Shown here piece by piece: positions 25,905 to 36,161 of a stretch of DNA of 64,000 nucleotides. Position 1 is the first letter of the stretch; the number at the start of each line of letters is the position of its first letter. The notes under the pieces were generated by a model, which was not told the origin of the DNA, ran no database searches, and worked only from the letters and a program-made list of their open reading frames with translations. The translations under genes and the position numbers were made by a program. This DNA is from Gemmatimonadota bacterium (GTDB lineage Bacteria; Gemmatimonadota; Gemmatimonadetes; Longimicrobiales; Gaopeijiaceae), in contig JBCCEZ010000014.1 of the NCBI GenBank assembly GCA_039030015.1, positions 15,119 to 79,118 on the forward strand, given 5' to 3'.

Positions 25905-28900
25905 ATGACGAAGTACCTGACTCGATTCGCGCTCGTCGCCACCCTCGCGGCCTTCGGTCTACCGGACGCTGGCCACGCCCAAGTGGTCGATGCGCTCGCC
26001 CTCAAGGACCTCTCGTATCGGATGGTCGGACCGTATCGCGGCGGCCGCTCGACGGCGGCGGCCGGCTTCCTGTCCGACCAGGACAAGTGGATCCAGGGCA
26101 CGACCGGCGGAGGGATGTGGCTGACGAACGACAACGGCGTGACATGGGACCCGATCTCGGACGACTACTTCGGCGGGTCGATCGGGGCCGTCGCCGTGGC
26201 CGCGTCGGACGAGAACGTGATCTACGCCGGCACGGGATCGATGGACATCCGTGGCAATACGTCCACGGGCCGCGGCGTCTGGAAGTCGCTCGACGCCGGG
26301 CGGACGTGGCGCTTCATGGGACTCCCGGAGGCGGGGCAGATCGGCCGGATCGAGGTGCATCCCCGGGACGAGGACCTCGTGTATGTGGCGGCGCTCGGTC
26401 ATCCGTTCGGGAAGAACCCCGAACGAGGCATCTTCCGCTCGAGTGACGGGGGGGAGAGTTGGGAGCACATCCTCGCGCTGAACGACTCGACGGGTGCGTC
26501 CGATCTCACGATGAACCCGGTGAACCCACGCGAACTGTACGCCGGCATGTGGCGAGGCGAGCGGAAGCCGTGGGCGATGATCTCCGGAGCCGAAGAGGGC
26601 GGGGTCTACAAATCGAGCGACGGCGGCGACACGTGGATGAAGCTCGAAGGCGGGTTGCCGACCGGAGTCGTCGGCAAGGTCGGCGTCACCGTCTCTCCCG
26701 CGAACTCGGACCGCGTGTGGGCGATCATCGAGGCGGAGCCGGCGGGCGGTGTCTACCGCTCGGACGACGGGGGCGTGACGTGGACGCGGACCAACTCGGA
26801 GAACAACCTGCGTCAGCGCGCCTGGTACTACACCCACGTCCAGGCGGACCCGCAGGATCCGAACACGGTCTACGCACTGAACACCGCGTTGTACCGGTCG
26901 GTCGACGCCGGCGTGACCTTCACCTCGATCCCGGTCCCTCACGGGGACGTCCACGATCTGTGGATCCACCCGGACGACCCGGAGCGGATGGTCGTCGCCA
27001 ACGATGGCGGTAGTCAGGTCACGGTGAACGGTGGCGTCACCTGGTCGACGTACTTCAACCAGCCTACGGCCGAGCTCTACGACGTCATCGTCGACAACGG
27101 CTTCCCCTACCGCCTGTACGGGGCGCAGCAGGACAACACGACGATCTCCGTCCCGGCGTGGTCCTCGAGCAACACGCTCTACCCGAAAGAGCACTGGATG
27201 AACGTCGGTGGATGCGAGACGGGGCCGGTCGCGCTGGATCCGGACCGACCGCACATCGTGTACGCCGGCTGCTACGGGGGCGTGATCGACCGGTACGATC
27301 TGGAGCGTGACCAGGTCGAGAACGTGAACCTCTACCCGCAGCTCCAGCTCGGTATCGCGACGCGCGATCTCGTGCACCGCTTCCAGTGGGTCTCTCCGAT
27401 GCTCGTGTCGGCACACGATTCGGAGACCGTCTACCACGGCTCCCAGTTCGTGAACCGCTCGCGTGACGGTGGGGACACGTGGGAGTCGATCTCGCCGGAC
27501 CTCTCCACGAACAACCCGGCCCACCAGGATCAGTCGGGCGGCCCGATCAATGCGGATGTCACCGGCGTCGAGATCTTTGGGGTCGTCTTCTCGATCGCGG
27601 AGTCTCCGACCGACCCGACCGAGATTTGGGCGGGGTCGGACGATGGGCGCCTGCACATCACCCGAGACGACGGCGCGACGTGGACGGAGATCACGCCGCC
27701 GGGTATGCCGGACCTCGGCACGGTCGACGAGATCGATCTCTCGATGCATGCGCCGGGCCGAGCCTACGTGGCGGTCCAGGCGTACCGACTGGACGACTTC
27801 CGTCCCTACGTCTTCCGTACGGACGACTGGGGGGCGTCGTGGACGCAGATCACGGATGGGATCCCCGACGACTACCCCGTGCGCACGGTACGAGAGGATC
27901 CGGCGCATGAGGACCTCGTCTTTGCCGGCACCGAGTTCGGCCTCTTCGTCTCGTTCAATGGAGGCGGGGTCTGGCAGTCGCTCCAGCAGGACCTCCCCAT
28001 TACGCCGGTTACCGGTATGCGGGTGGCCCACGACGATCTCATCATCTCGACCCAGGGCCGCTCCTTCTACGTGCTCGACGACATGAGCCCGCTGCGGGAG
28101 ATCGCGTCCGGCGCGACCGGGAATGCCGCACACCTCTTCCGTCCTCGGCCCGCCTACCGGGTCAACAACGGCGGGTCAGCGGGTGGTCTCGCCGAGCTCT
28201 CGCCCGACGCCCAGCCACAGGGCGGGCTGATCCACTACTGGCTCGAAGGGGAGGCCGAGTCGGTGACCCTCGAGGTGTTGGATGCTCGAGGCTCGGTCGT
28301 TCGAGGCTTCTCGAGCGACTCCGCGTCCGCGGCCGACTTCCGCACAGGAACGATCACCCGGGAGGCTGGGCTCAACCGCGTCTCCTGGGACCTCTTCTAT
28401 CCCGGCCCGAGGATCTCCGATGACGCGGTGATCTGGGGGTACACGGGAGGCATCAAGGCGCCTCCGGGCACGTACGGGCTGCGCCTGACGGTCGGCGGCA
28501 CTGTGGTCGGGGAATCGTCGATGGACGTGCGGGCGGACCCCCGTATTCCGGAGGTCAGCCAAGCGGAGTACGTCGAGCAGTTGAGTGTCGGGCTCGCGAT
28601 CCGGGACTCGATCGACCAGGTGACGGGTGCGATCGAGACGTTGATCAGCGTGCGCGAACAGGTGGAGCAGGTGATGGCCACGGCGGTGATCGCGAATCAG
28701 GCCGCGGGCCTGCAACCGCTGGCGGATACACTGTCGGAGAACGCGCGCGTCGTGCATGAGGAGCTCATGCAGACGAACAACCGGTCCGGTCAGGATCCGA
28801 TCCGCTTCCCGCCGCAGCTCGATAACCAGCTCGTCGAGCTCTACAACTACGTGACCGGGGTGGATGGCTACATCTCGGGTGGCCGAGAGGGCCGGCCCAC

Positions 28901-29066
28901 GTCGGCCGCGTACCGGCGCTTCGACGATCTGAATGCCGACTGGACTGCGATCCGCGGGCGATACCAGTCCATCCTGGCCAACGAGCTACAACGCTTCAAC
29001 GCGGCGGTGGAGCAGTTGGGGCTGCCGGCGATCGTGCTCACGAGCGACGGGCGACTGATCTCGTAG
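25905..29066 (+). CDS. Secreted Sortilin/VPS10-type BNR (Asp-box) repeat protein
   Basis: A signal peptide is present. There are many Asp-boxes: SLDAGRTW, SSDGGESW, SSDGGDTW, SDDGGVTW, SRDGGDTW, TRDDGATW, TDDWGASW. Confidence 0.9.
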   Translation: MTKYLTRFALVATLAAFGLPDAGHAQVVDALALKDLSYRMVGPYRGGRSTAAAGFLSDQDKWIQGTTGGGMWLTNDNGVTWDPISDDYFGGSIGAVAVAASDENVIYAGTGSMDIRGNTSTGRGVWKSLDAGRTWRFMGLPEAGQIGRIEVHPRDEDLVYVAALGHPFGKNPERGIFRSSDGGESWEHILALNDSTGASDLTMNPVNPRELYAGMWRGERKPWAMISGAEEGGVYKSSDGGDTWMKLEGGLPTGVVGKVGVTVSPANSDRVWAIIEAEPAGGVYRSDDGGVTWTRTNSENNLRQRAWYYTHVQADPQDPNTVYALNTALYRSVDAGVTFTSIPVPHGDVHDLWIHPDDPERMVVANDGGSQVTVNGGVTWSTYFNQPTAELYDVIVDNGFPYRLYGAQQDNTTISVPAWSSSNTLYPKEHWMNVGGCETGPVALDPDRPHIVYAGCYGGVIDRYDLERDQVENVNLYPQLQLGIATRDLVHRFQWVSPMLVSAHDSETVYHGSQFVNRSRDGGDTWESISPDLSTNNPAHQDQSGGPINADVTGVEIFGVVFSIAESPTDPTEIWAGSDDGRLHITRDDGATWTEITPPGMPDLGTVDEIDLSMHAPGRAYVAVQAYRLDDFRPYVFRTDDWGASWTQITDGIPDDYPVRTVREDPAHEDLVFAGTEFGLFVSFNGGGVWQSLQQDLPITPVTGMRVAHDDLIISTQGRSFYVLDDMSPLREIASGATGNAAHLFRPRPAYRVNNGGSAGGLAELSPDAQPQGGLIHYWLEGEAESVTLEVLDARGSVVRGFSSDSASAADFRTGTITREAGLNRVSWDLFYPGPRISDDAVIWGYTGGIKAPPGTYGLRLTVGGTVVGESSMDVRADPRIPEVSQAEYVEQLSVGLAIRDSIDQVTGAIETLISVREQVEQVMATAVIANQAAGLQPLADTLSENARVVHEELMQTNNRSGQDPIRFPPQLDNQLVELYNYVTGVDGYISGGREGRPTSAAYRRFDDLNADWTAIRGRYQSILANELQRFNAAVEQLGLPAIVLTSDGRLIS

Positions 29067-29071
29067 GTGAG

Positions 29072-29494
29072 CTAGAAGACATCCTCACCCGGTAGGGCCG
29101 CGGCCTGCTGGATCCAGCTCACGAGCTGGTCCTCCGACAGGTCGCGGTCCTCCGTGATGGCGAGGTAGCGGACGTGGTCCTGCTTCGACGCTTTGGGCGG
29201 GAGCGGATCGAGCTGCACACCCTTGAAGAAGGTGACCTGCACGTAGTGGGCGTAGCAGTAGAACGCGAGGAACCACCCTCGGCCCGCCAGGCCGTAGAAC
29301 GGCGTGTTCCATCGCACTGCCTTGCGCACCTCCGGCACGTGCTCTTCGACGAGCCGATCGATCCATTGACCCGTCCCCTGATGCCAGCCGGGCATGGCGT
29401 CGATGTACGCCTGCACGGATTCGTCGCCGTCTCCCTTCGGGATGTACGGATTGCCGCCCGCGTTGCGCTTCGTCTGCGTGTCTCTCGTTGTCAT
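29072..29494 (-). CDS. DUF1801 (YdhG-like) domain protein
   Basis: VQAYIDAMPGW...VRKAVRWNTPFYGL...VQVTFFKGVQLDP fits the DUF1801 pattern. The start was moved to the ATG at 29494. Confidence 0.75.
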   Translation of the reverse strand: MTTRDTQTKRNAGGNPYIPKGDGDESVQAYIDAMPGWHQGTGQWIDRLVEEHVPEVRKAVRWNTPFYGLAGRGWFLAFYCYAHYVQVTFFKGVQLDPLPPKASKQDHVRYLAITEDRDLSEDQLVSWIQQAAALPGEDVF

Positions 29495-29534
29495 CCCCTC
29501 CTCCCTCGCCGTCCCGTGCCGCCGTGGGCTCGAA

Positions 29535-31016
29535 TTACGTCCCGCAGAAGGTCGTGTACGATCCGAAGCTGTCCGGGGCGCGCTCGGTAAACGCTCCCAA
29601 ACCATCACGCTCCTCGAAGGGGCGAGCGAGTACGGTGAGGAGGCGGCGAAACGGTTCGAGTTCGCCGTCGATGGCCGCGTCGAGGGCCGCCTGAACGTTG
29701 TGATTCCGAGGGATGTACAGCGGGTTCACGCGGTCCATGGCGTCCGCCCGCGACGCGGCGTCGCCGCCCTCTCCCTCGAGTCGGGTGAGCCAGCGATCCA
29801 TCCAACCGTCGATCTCGCCCTTCTCTCGGAAGAGCATACGCACGGGGGTACGATCGCCTCGCGCGGCGCTGGAGAGCCGCCGGAAGAAGGCCGTGAAGTC
29901 CACGTCCTTCCCTTCCAATACGCCGAAGAGCTCACGGATCAGCTCCTCGTCGCCAGGCAGCGCCTCGAGCAAACCTAGCTTGGCCCGAACGCGCTCGAGC
30001 CAGCGCTCGAGATAGATGCCGGCATAGGCGTCGACCTCGGTCGTCGCCAACTCGATGGCGCGCTCCTCGTCGTCCGGTTCGATGAGAGGAAGCAGCGTCT
30101 CGGCGAGCCGCGCGAGATTCCACTGAGCGATGGCGGGCTGATTGCCGTACGCGTACCGGCCGTGTCGATCGATCGAGCTGAATACGGTCCCCAGGTCGTA
30201 CCCGTCCATGAACGCGCAGGGCCCGTAGTCGATCGTCTCCCCGGCGACCGTCGTGTTGTCGGTGTTCATGACCCCGTGCACGAAGCCGATCGACATCCAG
30301 TGGGCGACGAGCGCGGCCTGGCGATCCCGTACCGCGCCGAGCAGCCGCAGGTATCGGTCGTCCGCATCCACGAGGTCCGGGAAGTGTCGAGCGATCGTGT
30401 ACTCCGCGAGGAGGCGCACCCGCTCGCTCTCGCCGCGTGCAGCGAAGAACTGAAAGGTGCCCACCCGGATATGGCTCGAGGCCACCCGCGCGATGATCGC
30501 CCCGGGCTCGACGCTTTGGGGGCGCCGCACCTCCTCACCCGTCGTGATGGCCGCGAGCGCCCGTGTCGTCGGCACCCCGAGCGCGTGCATCGCCTCGCTC
30601 ATCAGATACTCGCGCAGCACCGGCCCCAGGCCGGCTTTGCCGTCTCCTCCGCGGGAGAAGGGTGTCCGGCCGGACCCCTTGAGCTGGAGGTCCCAGCGCG
30701 CGCCGGCTCGGTCGATCAGCTCGCCCAGGAGGAGCGCGCGGCCGTCCCCGAGCTGGGGTACGAAGTTGCCGAACTGATGCCCCGCGTACGCCTGAGCCAG
30801 TGGGGTCGTGCCTGCCGGGGGATCCATGCCGGCCAAGAGTCTCGCGCCGTCGTCGCTGGCCAAGACGTCGGCGTCGAGACCGAGCTCGGCCGCGAGCGGG
30901 TGATTGAGCTGCACGACCCGTGGCTCGGGCACCGAAGCGCCCTGCCACGGGACGTAGAAGCCCTCGAGCTCAGTCGCGTAACTCTGCTCGAACCCGAAGA
31001 TGTTCTCGACGCTCAC
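29535..31016 (-). CDS. selO: Protein adenylyltransferase SelO (YdiU/UPF0061)
   Basis: AYAGHQFGNFVPQLGDGRALLLGE, LKGSGRTPFSR, REYLMSEAMHALGVPTTRAL, HGVMNTDN and the C-terminal ...TFCGT are present. The GTG start overlaps the upstream TGA (GTGA). Confidence 0.95.
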   Translation of the reverse strand: MSVENIFGFEQSYATELEGFYVPWQGASVPEPRVVQLNHPLAAELGLDADVLASDDGARLLAGMDPPAGTTPLAQAYAGHQFGNFVPQLGDGRALLLGELIDRAGARWDLQLKGSGRTPFSRGGDGKAGLGPVLREYLMSEAMHALGVPTTRALAAITTGEEVRRPQSVEPGAIIARVASSHIRVGTFQFFAARGESERVRLLAEYTIARHFPDLVDADDRYLRLLGAVRDRQAALVAHWMSIGFVHGVMNTDNTTVAGETIDYGPCAFMDGYDLGTVFSSIDRHGRYAYGNQPAIAQWNLARLAETLLPLIEPDDEERAIELATTEVDAYAGIYLERWLERVRAKLGLLEALPGDEELIRELFGVLEGKDVDFTAFFRRLSSAARGDRTPVRMLFREKGEIDGWMDRWLTRLEGEGGDAASRADAMDRVNPLYIPRNHNVQAALDAAIDGELEPFRRLLTVLARPFEERDGLGAFTERAPDSFGSYTTFCGT

Positions 31017-34000
31017 CCCCCACTGCGCCTCACCGACGGGGCCCCGGTCGCCATGACCTCGTCATGGAGTCCATCGACCACGCCCGCCATACGTTCGATC
31101 TCCGCCGCGATCGGCCCGAGCTCAGCGCGGCCTGCGGCGACGGTTTGGCGATGGAGTTGGGTCGGCCCGTACGTGCTGTTGAGGCCGCGGAAGCCGAGAC
31201 CGAGTCGGCTGCCTGGAGTGGGCGGGCTGCGCTCACCGATCTCGCCGCGCGCCTCGCTCCCCTGCATCTGCTCCCGGAGGTCGAGGAGTGCTTGGCGGGT
31301 ATCGTACAGACGCTGGTGCAGCGCAGCGTCTGGGTTGTCGGCTCGGCTCAGCGACGTCTGCAGCGCCTCGATCATGTCGATCGACTCGGAGAGCGAGTTG
31401 CCGGCCTCGGTGAGGTCCATTTGGAACGCCTCGACCTCGCCGCGGAAGGTCTCGATAACCGCGTCCGACACGCGGGGCAGTGCTCCTTCTTCGAGCGCCG
31501 CGACTGCAAACTGGACCGGACCGTCGAGGACGGTCACGGCTCCTGCTTCGACTTTGACGAGCTCCGCCGTGTAGCTGCCGGGCCGAACGTTGAAGCCTCC
31601 GCCACCACCGCCGCCGCCGGGGTTGATCATGCCGTTGGAGGCATAATCCAGCTCCCAGTTGACCCGGTGTACACCCGCGGAGGTCGGACCACTCACGCGG
31701 TTGATCACCGTGCCGTCCATCGCACGCACGACGACGTGTACGCTCGGCCCTTGCTCACGCATCTCAGCCTCGATCGCGTCGTACCCTGGGAAGGGGATGT
31801 CCTGTCCGTCCGGGATGGCTCGCTCGCGGGCCTGCCGCTCGGCTTCGAGCGACCGATAGCCGTCACGCAGGTGATAGGTGAAGACCGCTCCGTACGGCGG
31901 GTTCGACGCCTGGTAGTCGCCGTCTCCTTGGTCATACGAGACGTTGTCCTCGATGAACTGGAAGGCGGTCCTCGTATCGAAGAGCGCTCCTTCACCAGCG
32001 AGCCGCTCCGACGTCATCGCACGCAGCGGCGTGTAGTCGTCCAGGATGTAGATGCCGCGGCCGAAGGTGCCCCCGACGACGTCCTCGTGGTCCCGCTGGA
32101 TGTCGACGTCACGGAAGGAGATCGTCGGCGCGCCGGGGATCTTCACCCACTGCGCACCCCCGTCCACCGTCACGAAGAGTCCGAACTCCGTGCCCGCGAA
32201 GAGGAGGTTCGGCTCGACGTGATCCTGCACCATCCGCCAGACGAGGTGACGCGCCGGCAGGTCGCCCGTGATCGACGTCCAGCTCTGACCGCGGTCCGTG
32301 CTCTTCACCAGGTATGGAGTGAAGTCTCCGTACTTGTGGTTGTCGAGAGCGACGTAGACGGTGTTCGCGTCGAACATGTCGGCCTTGATGTCGTTCACGA
32401 ACGCGGTGGCCGGGACGCCGGGGAGGTCCCCGACTTCGATCTGGCGCCAGTTGTCCCCGGTGTCCTCGGTGACCCAGAGGAGACCATCGTCCGTGCCCGC
32501 GTAGATGACGCCTTCCTCGACCGGCGATTCACCGAGTGAGGTGATCGTGTTGTAGTTCGACATGGCGCCGACATCCCATGCGTTGTCCCAGCTCTGCACG
32601 CGGCCCATGTGCTCGATCTCGATCCGCTCCTGGCTCCGGGTCAGGTCGCCGGAGATCGGCGTCCACGAATCCCCGCGGTCGTCGGTCCTCCACACGCGGT
32701 ACGAGGCGAAGTAGATCCGGGTGGGGCTGTGCGGGCTGACCTCGATGGGAGCGTCCCAGTTGAAGCGCTCGAACGGCTCACCTTCCCGCGCCTGGGGCTG
32801 GATGAAGACCTGATCTCGCGTCGTCAGGTCGACGCGGTGTAGGCCGCCCTGCTGCGTTTCGGCGTAGATGATGTTGGGGTTGCCCGGCTCCGTTGCCGAG
32901 TCGTGTCCGTCGGCGCCGAGCGTCGCGAACCAGTCGGCGTTACGGATGCCGTGATCGAAGGTCGTCCGCGACGGTCCCCCGTTCGACCCGTTGTCCTGCA
33001 TGCCCCCATAAACGTTGTAGAAGGGGCGGCTGTCATCGACCGAGATCTTGTAGTACTGCATCACCGGAAGATTGCGGACGTAGCGCCACGTCTCGGTCAG
33101 ATCGAACGTCTCGTAGAGGCCGCCGTCCGATCCGATCAGGACGTACTCCGGGTTGCTCTTCTTGAACGCGATCGCGTGATCGTCGACGTGCTTGTCCTGA
33201 ACATTCATCCGGGCGAAGTCGGCCCCGTGATTGTCCGAGACGAGCGTATAGTTGTTCACCAGGTAGAGTCGACCTTCCTGGTGCGGCGAGGCGTAGAGCT
33301 CCTGGTAGTAGTGGGGGCCCGTTCCGCCGGAGACCGCGTCGGACATCTTCCGCCACGACTCGCCTCGGTTCTCGGACATCCACACACCACCTTCGGCGCG
33401 GATCGTTTCGATGGCCGCGTAGACCCGGTCGGGATTCTGGGGGGAGATCGCGAGCCCGATCTTGCCGAGCGGACCGCCGGGCAGGCCCGTGGTCAGCTGC
33501 GTCCACGTCTCGCCGCCGTCCTCCGACTTGTGAAGTCCGCTGCCCGGTCCACCGCCGAAGTAGGCCGCGACCGTGCGGTGCCGGTCCCATGTCGCTGCGA
33601 TCAGGACGTCCGGGTTCCGCGGGTCGATCACGATGTCGGTGACGCCGGTCCACTCGCCTTCTCCGAGGACCTTCCGCCAGCTCTCCCCGCCGTCGGTCGT
33701 CTTGTAGAGACCGCGCTCACCGCCGGGGCTCCATAGGGGTCCCTGGGCGGCTACCCACACCACGTCGGAGTTCTCCGGGTGGACGATGATCGTGGAGAGG
33801 TGGTTGGTCCCGCCCAACCCCATGTTCGTCCAAGTGCGCCCGTCGTCCGTGCTCTTGTAAATCCCGTCGCCGAAGCCGACGTGGCGACCTCCGACGTTCT
33901 CGCCGGTCCCGACCCAGACGGTCGACGGCGTGCTCGGGTCGATCGTCACGTCGCCGATCGAATACGACGCCTGGTCGTCGAAGATCGGCTCGAACGTCGT

Positions 34001-34237
34001 GCCGTTGTTCGTCGTTTTCCAGACACCACCCGACCCGACGGCGACGTACCAGACGTTCTCGTCATGCGGGTGGATGTCGATGTCCGAGACTCGGCCGCTG
34101 TTGGTGGCGGGTCCGATTCCTCGGAGAGATAGCCCGGAGATCCGGGTGTCGGCGAGCGTACTCTCCTGAGCCTGAAGCGCGGCCGGGAGTGCGACGACGA
34201 AGAGGGCGAGCAGGAGGGTCGAGACGAGCGACTTCAT
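31013..34237 (-). CDS. Secreted Sortilin/VPS10-type BNR (Asp-box) repeat protein (paralog of 25905-29066)
   Basis: The signal peptide is MKSLVSTLLLALFVVALPAALQAQE. Asp-boxes include STDDGRTW, TTDGGESW, SEDGGETW, TDDRGDSW and STDRGQSW. The ORF-track start at 34420 was replaced by 34237. Confidence 0.9.
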   Translation of the reverse strand: MKSLVSTLLLALFVVALPAALQAQESTLADTRISGLSLRGIGPATNSGRVSDIDIHPHDENVWYVAVGSGGVWKTTNNGTTFEPIFDDQASYSIGDVTIDPSTPSTVWVGTGENVGGRHVGFGDGIYKSTDDGRTWTNMGLGGTNHLSTIIVHPENSDVVWVAAQGPLWSPGGERGLYKTTDGGESWRKVLGEGEWTGVTDIVIDPRNPDVLIAATWDRHRTVAAYFGGGPGSGLHKSEDGGETWTQLTTGLPGGPLGKIGLAISPQNPDRVYAAIETIRAEGGVWMSENRGESWRKMSDAVSGGTGPHYYQELYASPHQEGRLYLVNNYTLVSDNHGADFARMNVQDKHVDDHAIAFKKSNPEYVLIGSDGGLYETFDLTETWRYVRNLPVMQYYKISVDDSRPFYNVYGGMQDNGSNGGPSRTTFDHGIRNADWFATLGADGHDSATEPGNPNIIYAETQQGGLHRVDLTTRDQVFIQPQAREGEPFERFNWDAPIEVSPHSPTRIYFASYRVWRTDDRGDSWTPISGDLTRSQERIEIEHMGRVQSWDNAWDVGAMSNYNTITSLGESPVEEGVIYAGTDDGLLWVTEDTGDNWRQIEVGDLPGVPATAFVNDIKADMFDANTVYVALDNHKYGDFTPYLVKSTDRGQSWTSITGDLPARHLVWRMVQDHVEPNLLFAGTEFGLFVTVDGGAQWVKIPGAPTISFRDVDIQRDHEDVVGGTFGRGIYILDDYTPLRAMTSERLAGEGALFDTRTAFQFIEDNVSYDQGDGDYQASNPPYGAVFTYHLRDGYRSLEAERQARERAIPDGQDIPFPGYDAIEAEMREQGPSVHVVVRAMDGTVINRVSGPTSAGVHRVNWELDYASNGMINPGGGGGGGGFNVRPGSYTAELVKVEAGAVTVLDGPVQFAVAALEEGALPRVSDAVIETFRGEVEAFQMDLTEAGNSLSESIDMIEALQTSLSRADNPDAALHQRLYDTRQALLDLREQMQGSEARGEIGERSPPTPGSRLGLGFRGLNSTYGPTQLHRQTVAAGRAELGPIAAEIERMAGVVDGLHDEVMATGAPSVRRSGG

Positions 34238-34462
34238 GGCACGAGACTCCACGTAGGGCGTGCGGTGGTCGGGAACCTCAGAAACGGCTGCGGCGCGGCG
34301 CGCTTCGAGGGGCCGCGAAACTACAGCCGGAGGAGACGAGCGTCGATACGCGGTGCCGTTTCGTTCAAGGCTGTCGTCCTCCTCCCCGACTACTCTAGGG
34401 ATCCCGCCGCAGCCCGCCATGAGCTGCGCGCTGATCGATGGGCCTAGTCGAGGAGCCTCCCC

Positions 34463-35260
34463 GTGCAGTCCACCCTGATGTTCGCCGCCATCGCGATCGC
34501 CTTCCTTGTGCCCGCTTCGCTATCGGCGCAGGACGAAGAGTCCTCCGACGAGGAGTACTCCACGTACGCCCACGGTGAGTTCACCGTCCACTATCGGGCG
34601 GAGCATGTGCCGATCGAGGGTGTTCGACTCGTCGCTGAGCGGGTCGAGGCATCACTGGAGATCGTTCGCGCGTTCCTTGCTCAAAGCGACGAGTACGAGG
34701 GCCCGCCGTACGAGACGGCGCTCGGCGTCGTGATCGATCCCGACCAGTTCTCGCCCTACCAGTTCGGCAGCAACATCGCCCTCCCCGAGGCCCGTGTGCT
34801 GAACATCGTTCGAGAGGTAGAAGACGCTCGGGTCGATATCGGGATCATTCACGAGCTGACCCACGTGCTCGCGGCGAGTTACAACCGAGAGAACCGCGAT
34901 CGCTTCTACGACGATGGCATCGCGGTCTACCTCCAGCACCGGTTTGGTCCCACACCGAACTATCCGGACTTCGGCGAGGATCTCTACATCGCGACGGCAC
35001 GCGCCGCGGAGATCAACGGAGGGCTGATTCCGCTCGCGATCACCGAGGAAACTCGAGGCTCGTCGGAGACGCGGATCGGGCGGCAGCTCGCCTACCTCCA
35101 GGAGGGCGCGTTCACCCAGTTCCTCATCGAGGGCTACGGGCTCGACACGTACTTTCGGATCTACCACGGCGTCACGCTCGAGGACGCGACGGGGAAGTCG
35201 CTGGCTCAGCTCGAGGCCGAGTGGACGGCGATGATCGAAGCGGCCCCGATCTGGAGGTAG
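34463..35260 (+). CDS. Secreted hypothetical protein with an HExxH motif (putative metallopeptidase)
   Basis: The GTG start is preceded by GAGGAG. The signal peptide ends in LSAQDE. The motif IIHELTHVL is present. Confidence 0.7.
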   Translation: MQSTLMFAAIAIAFLVPASLSAQDEESSDEEYSTYAHGEFTVHYRAEHVPIEGVRLVAERVEASLEIVRAFLAQSDEYEGPPYETALGVVIDPDQFSPYQFGSNIALPEARVLNIVREVEDARVDIGIIHELTHVLAASYNRENRDRFYDDGIAVYLQHRFGPTPNYPDFGEDLYIATARAAEINGGLIPLAITEETRGSSETRIGRQLAYLQEGAFTQFLIEGYGLDTYFRIYHGVTLEDATGKSLAQLEAEWTAMIEAAPIWR

Positions 35261-35264
35261 CCTC

Positions 35265-35693
35265 TCACTCCTCGGCGTAGGTGGTTTCCATGAGGTTGAG
35301 GCACCGGATCCAGAACGGGACGTTCATCGCCTCGTAGCGGATCGAGTCTGGACCGGTCACCGTCGTGAAGAAGATGTTGCTCGGTTCCTCGACGAGCTCC
35401 TCGAAGAGTCGATCGAGGCAGTAGCTGTGGATTTCGTCACGGGCGCCGGAGACAGGGGCCCCCGCGCCGCCCCGGGCGTGATCACGTAGCGCGTCGATGA
35501 TCGCCGAAATGTCTTTCGTGTCGAGCTCGACCCCGAGCGGACGAGCCTCACGACGGTGCTCCTCGACGATCGTCATCAGTCGTTCGACCACCCGCTTGGA
35601 CTCTGCCTTTGGGTGGTCGATGTCTTGTCGGGGTCTTTGAGCGGGGACGTACACCGAGGGGCAGTGGCCCTTTGGGATTTCGGGACGGATCAT
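35265..35693 (-). CDS. Hypothetical cytoplasmic protein
   Basis: The amino-acid composition looks coding (MTIVEEHRREARPLGVELDTKDISAIIDALRDH...FWIRCLNLMETTYAEE). No family was recognised. An alternative ATG start lies at 35576. Confidence 0.5.
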   Translation of the reverse strand: MIRPEIPKGHCPSVYVPAQRPRQDIDHPKAESKRVVERLMTIVEEHRREARPLGVELDTKDISAIIDALRDHARGGAGAPVSGARDEIHSYCLDRLFEELVEEPSNIFFTTVTGPDSIRYEAMNVPFWIRCLNLMETTYAEE

Positions 35694-35841
35694 CGTGGGG
35701 GTGAGCGGCGTGGCTCCGAATCGAGGATGGAGGGCGGCGTTCTCGCCCCGCCGAGAATCTGGGTTCTTGCTTCTCGAGGGACCACCACGTCGCGCCTAGG
35801 CAGATTCGATGCTCGCCGCATCTCCTCGACGCGTCTCGGTC

Positions 35842-36063
35842 CGACGACGGGTTGCTGGTTCCGACCATGTCGGTCTATCATCCGCCGCGAAGAAAGGCGA
35901 TGGGGCTACGGAAGCCGGTCCAAATCCGGCGCGGCCCCGCCACTGTAGGAGGCCAAGCACGACGCGCGCGTCGCGCTGGTTCGGCCCGCTCAACGGCCAC
36001 TGGGGGTGATTCCCGGGAAGGCGAGCGGTGCTGCCTCGAGCCAGGAGACGGGTTCCGTCGCCG
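35842..36063 (+). promoter_or_regulatory. Cobalamin (B12) riboswitch aptamer (Rfam RF00174-like)
   Basis: Conserved core strings are in the correct order. GGAAGCCGGTCCAAATCCGGCGCGGCCCCGCCACTGTAGG spans about 35909-35949. GCCACTG is at 35996-36002, GGGAAGGC at 36015-36022, and the B12-box-like AGCCAGGAGACGGG at 36039-36052. A candidate P1 pairs CGACGACGG (35842-35850) with CCGTCGCCG (36055-36063). Boundaries are approximate. Confidence 0.8.
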
Positions 36064-36138
36064 TTACCCAGAACACCCTCGCGGGAGGGGCGGGTTTCGA
36101 GGCGTGGCCCTTCGTGGCCGCGACAGGATCGGTGCCCC

Positions 36139-36161
36139 TTCCGTCTCGGTACAGGACGGAA
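36139..36161 (+). promoter_or_regulatory. Hairpin sequestering the putative Shine-Dalgarno of the cobN-like gene (candidate expression platform)
   Basis: TTCCGTC-tcggtacag-GACGGAA forms a 7-bp stem. The 3' arm contains the purine-rich GGACGGA located 5 nt upstream of the GTG at 36166. Confidence 0.4.

Noticed and set aside
25959-28133. A 724-aa minus-strand ORF.
   Set aside because: It is antisense to the BNR/Sortilin gene, which has many Asp-box motifs. The product is rich in Arg/Val/Asp/His with no recognisable motif.
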